From Escherichia coli (lineage in GTDB: Bacteria > Pseudomonadota > Gammaproteobacteria > Enterobacterales > Enterobacteriaceae), in NCBI RefSeq assembly GCF_003334305.1, contig NZ_QOWS01000072.1: a stretch of DNA of 649 nt. The stretch is one strand, 5' to 3'. The position numbers were made by a program, and so were the translations under genes. The notes under the pieces are model-generated. The model was not told the origin of the DNA, did no database searches, and saw nothing but the letters and a program-made list of their open reading frames with translations. Below, piece after piece: positions 1 through 649 of the stretch (its first letter is position 1; each line of letters opens with the position of its first letter).

Positions 1-2
1 TC

Positions 3-25
3 GGTAATGCTGCCAACTTACTGAT
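3..25 (+). repeat. IS1 left terminal inverted repeat (IRL), 23 bp
   Basis: GGTAATGCTGCCAACTTACTGAT; differs from the IRL of K-12-type IS1 as I recall it (GGTGATGCTGCCAACTTACTGAT) at one position (4th base G->A). The partner IRR is outside the window, so the inverted-repeat pairing cannot be shown here. Confidence 0.85.
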
Positions 26-40
26 TTAGTGTATGATGGT
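9..40 (+). promoter_or_regulatory. Probable insA promoter (pIRL) overlapping the IRL, which is also the InsA binding/autorepression region
   Basis: A -10-like hexamer TATGAT at 32..37 lies just upstream of the insA RBS and start; in IS1 the insA promoter is known to lie partly within IRL. The -35 element is not clearly identifiable by eye, so boundaries are approximate. Confidence 0.35.
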
Positions 41-46
41 GATTTT

Positions 47-52
47 AAGGTG
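47..52 (+). promoter_or_regulatory. Shine-Dalgarno sequence for insA
   Basis: AAGGTG at 47..52, 5 nt upstream of the GTG start codon at 58..60. Confidence 0.5.
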
Positions 53-57
53 CTTGC

Positions 58-333
58 GTGGCTTCCATTTCCATCAGATGTCCTTCCTGCTCCGCTACTG
101 AAGGCGTGGTGCGTAACGGCAAAAGCACTGCCGGACATCAGCGCTATCTCTGCTCTCATTGCCGTAAAACATGGCAACTACAGTTCACTTACACCGCCTC
201 TCAGCCCGGTAAGCACCAGAAAATCATTGATATGGCCATGAATGGCGTCGGATGTCGCGCCAGTGCACGCATTATGGGCGTTGGCCTCAACACGGTTTTA
301 CATCACTTAAAAAACTCAGGCCGCAGTCGGTAA
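58..333 (+). CDS. insA: IS1 InsA protein (91 aa): transposition inhibitor / transcriptional repressor and N-terminal DNA-binding part of the InsAB' transposase
   Basis: ORF 58..333 with GTG start and TAA stop at 331..333; translation [37 protein letters not shown]... carries a C-x2-C-x20-C-x2-C zinc-finger motif (C8, C11, C32, C35) and a C-terminal HTH-like segment ([30 protein letters not shown]). Near-identical to recalled InsA with about 7 substitutions (e.g. V4I, S7R, D15E, T52K). Confidence 0.93.
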   Translation: MASISIRCPSCSATEGVVRNGKSTAGHQRYLCSHCRKTWQLQFTYTASQPGKHQKIIDMAMNGVGCRASARIMGVGLNTVLHHLKNSGRSR

Positions 334-649
334 CCTCGCGCATACAACCGGGCAGTGATGTGATTGTCTGCGCTGAAATGGACGAACAGTGGGGCTACGT
401 CGGTGCTAAATCACGTCAGCGCTGGCTGTTTTACGCGTATGACAGGATACGGAGGACGGTTGTGGCGCACGTCTTCGGTGAACGCACTCTGGCCACACTG
501 GAGCGTCTTCTGAGCCTGCTGTCGGCCTTTGAGGTCGTGGTATAGATGACGGATGGCTGGCCGCTGTATGAATCACGCCTGAAGGGAAAGCTGCACGTTA
601 TCAGCAAGCGTTACACTCAGCGCATTGAGCGACATAATCTGAATCTGAG
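252..649 (+). pseudogene. insB: IS1 insB frame (transposase catalytic part), interrupted by an in-frame TAG at 543..545 and 3'-partial at the window edge
   Basis: ORF 252..545 ([64 protein letters not shown]...) matches recalled InsB ([27 protein letters not shown]...). It ends at TAG 543..545, where canonical IS1 has TGG (Trp) in the motif DVVIWMTDGW. The same frame then continues open over 546..647 as [34 protein letters not shown], matching canonical InsB. Classed as pseudogene only because of the internal stop; a sequencing error or suppression are alternatives. Confidence 0.7.
307..315 (+). promoter_or_regulatory. Programmed -1 ribosomal frameshift (slippery) site TTAAAAAAC linking insA to the insB frame
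   Basis: TTA-AAA-AAC in the insA frame (codons 307-309, 310-312, 313-315; A6 run 309..314 followed by C315) is the established IS1 A6C frameshift motif. The -1 frame reads CTT AAA AAA CTC (L K K L), which continues into the InsB-like frame. The insA stop (331..333) lies 16 nt downstream. Confidence 0.85.

Larger units (their letters stand above)
3..649 (+). mobile_element. IS1-family insertion sequence, left end (IRL) through most of the transposase region; right ~120 bp including IRR lies beyond the window
   Basis: Terminal sequence GGTAATGCTGCCAACTTACTGAT at 3..25 matches the IS1 terminal inverted repeat; followed by insA, the A6C frameshift motif and the insB frame in the canonical IS1 order and spacing. 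Recognition is from recalled IS1 sequence, not a database search. Confidence 0.95.
58..649 (+). pseudogene. IS1 InsAB' transposase (InsA-InsB fusion made by -1 frameshift at 309..315); frame carries a premature TAG at 543..545; 3'-partial
   Basis: Combination of the insA frame (58 to the A6C site) and the -1 frame downstream. The fused frame is open from 58 through the slip site to 542, hits TAG at 543..545, then is open again to the window end. Confidence 0.6.

Noticed and set aside
3-40. Integration host factor (IHF) binding site in the IS1 left end
   Set aside because: IHF sites are reported at IS1 ends, but I could not pick out a convincing match to the IHF consensus by eye in this variant sequence, so it is not reported as a feature.
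29-241. 70-aa ORF ([18 protein letters not shown]...) in the +2 frame
   Set aside because: It lies entirely inside the IRL leader and insA region in an alternative frame, has no recognisable RBS context beyond what belongs to insA, and resembles no protein I know. It is best explained as a chance open frame overlapping the real insA gene.
252-545. Treating ORF 252..545 as an intact, independent 97-aa gene
   Set aside because: Its sequence is the N-terminal two-thirds of IS1 InsB, and the same frame continues with conserved InsB sequence immediately after the TAG. It is therefore a truncated or interrupted insB, not a distinct small gene.
1-649. Minus-strand coding genes
   Set aside because: The six-frame track shows no substantial minus-strand ORF, and the plus-strand IS1 genes fully explain the coding signal.
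1-649. CRISPR array, tandem repeats, or tRNA/ncRNA genes
   Set aside because: No direct repeats with regular spacing, no cloverleaf-compatible segments, and no low-complexity tracts other than the functional A6 run at 309..314 are visible.

Overview
Essentially the whole window (3..649) is the left ~650 bp of an IS1-family insertion sequence, a long-known element, so I find no novel biological system here. Read directly from the sequence: the left terminal inverted repeat (3..25), the insA gene (58..333, GTG start, zinc-finger plus HTH protein), the A6C programmed -1 frameshift motif (309..315) that fuses InsA to the InsB frame, and the InsB frame (252 onward) running out of the window. The most notable point is an in-frame TAG at 543..545 that interrupts the InsB/InsAB' transposase frame at the position where canonical IS1 (as I recall it) has a Trp codon (TGG). 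Conserved InsB coding continues immediately after it to the window edge. This copy also looks like a divergent IS1 isoform (roughly 10% nucleotide divergence from the E. coli K-12 type, from memory), with mostly conservative or synonymous changes. Only 2 bp of flank are present, so insertion context and target-site duplication cannot be assessed. No comparison to canonical IS1 was computed; all such comparisons are from recall.
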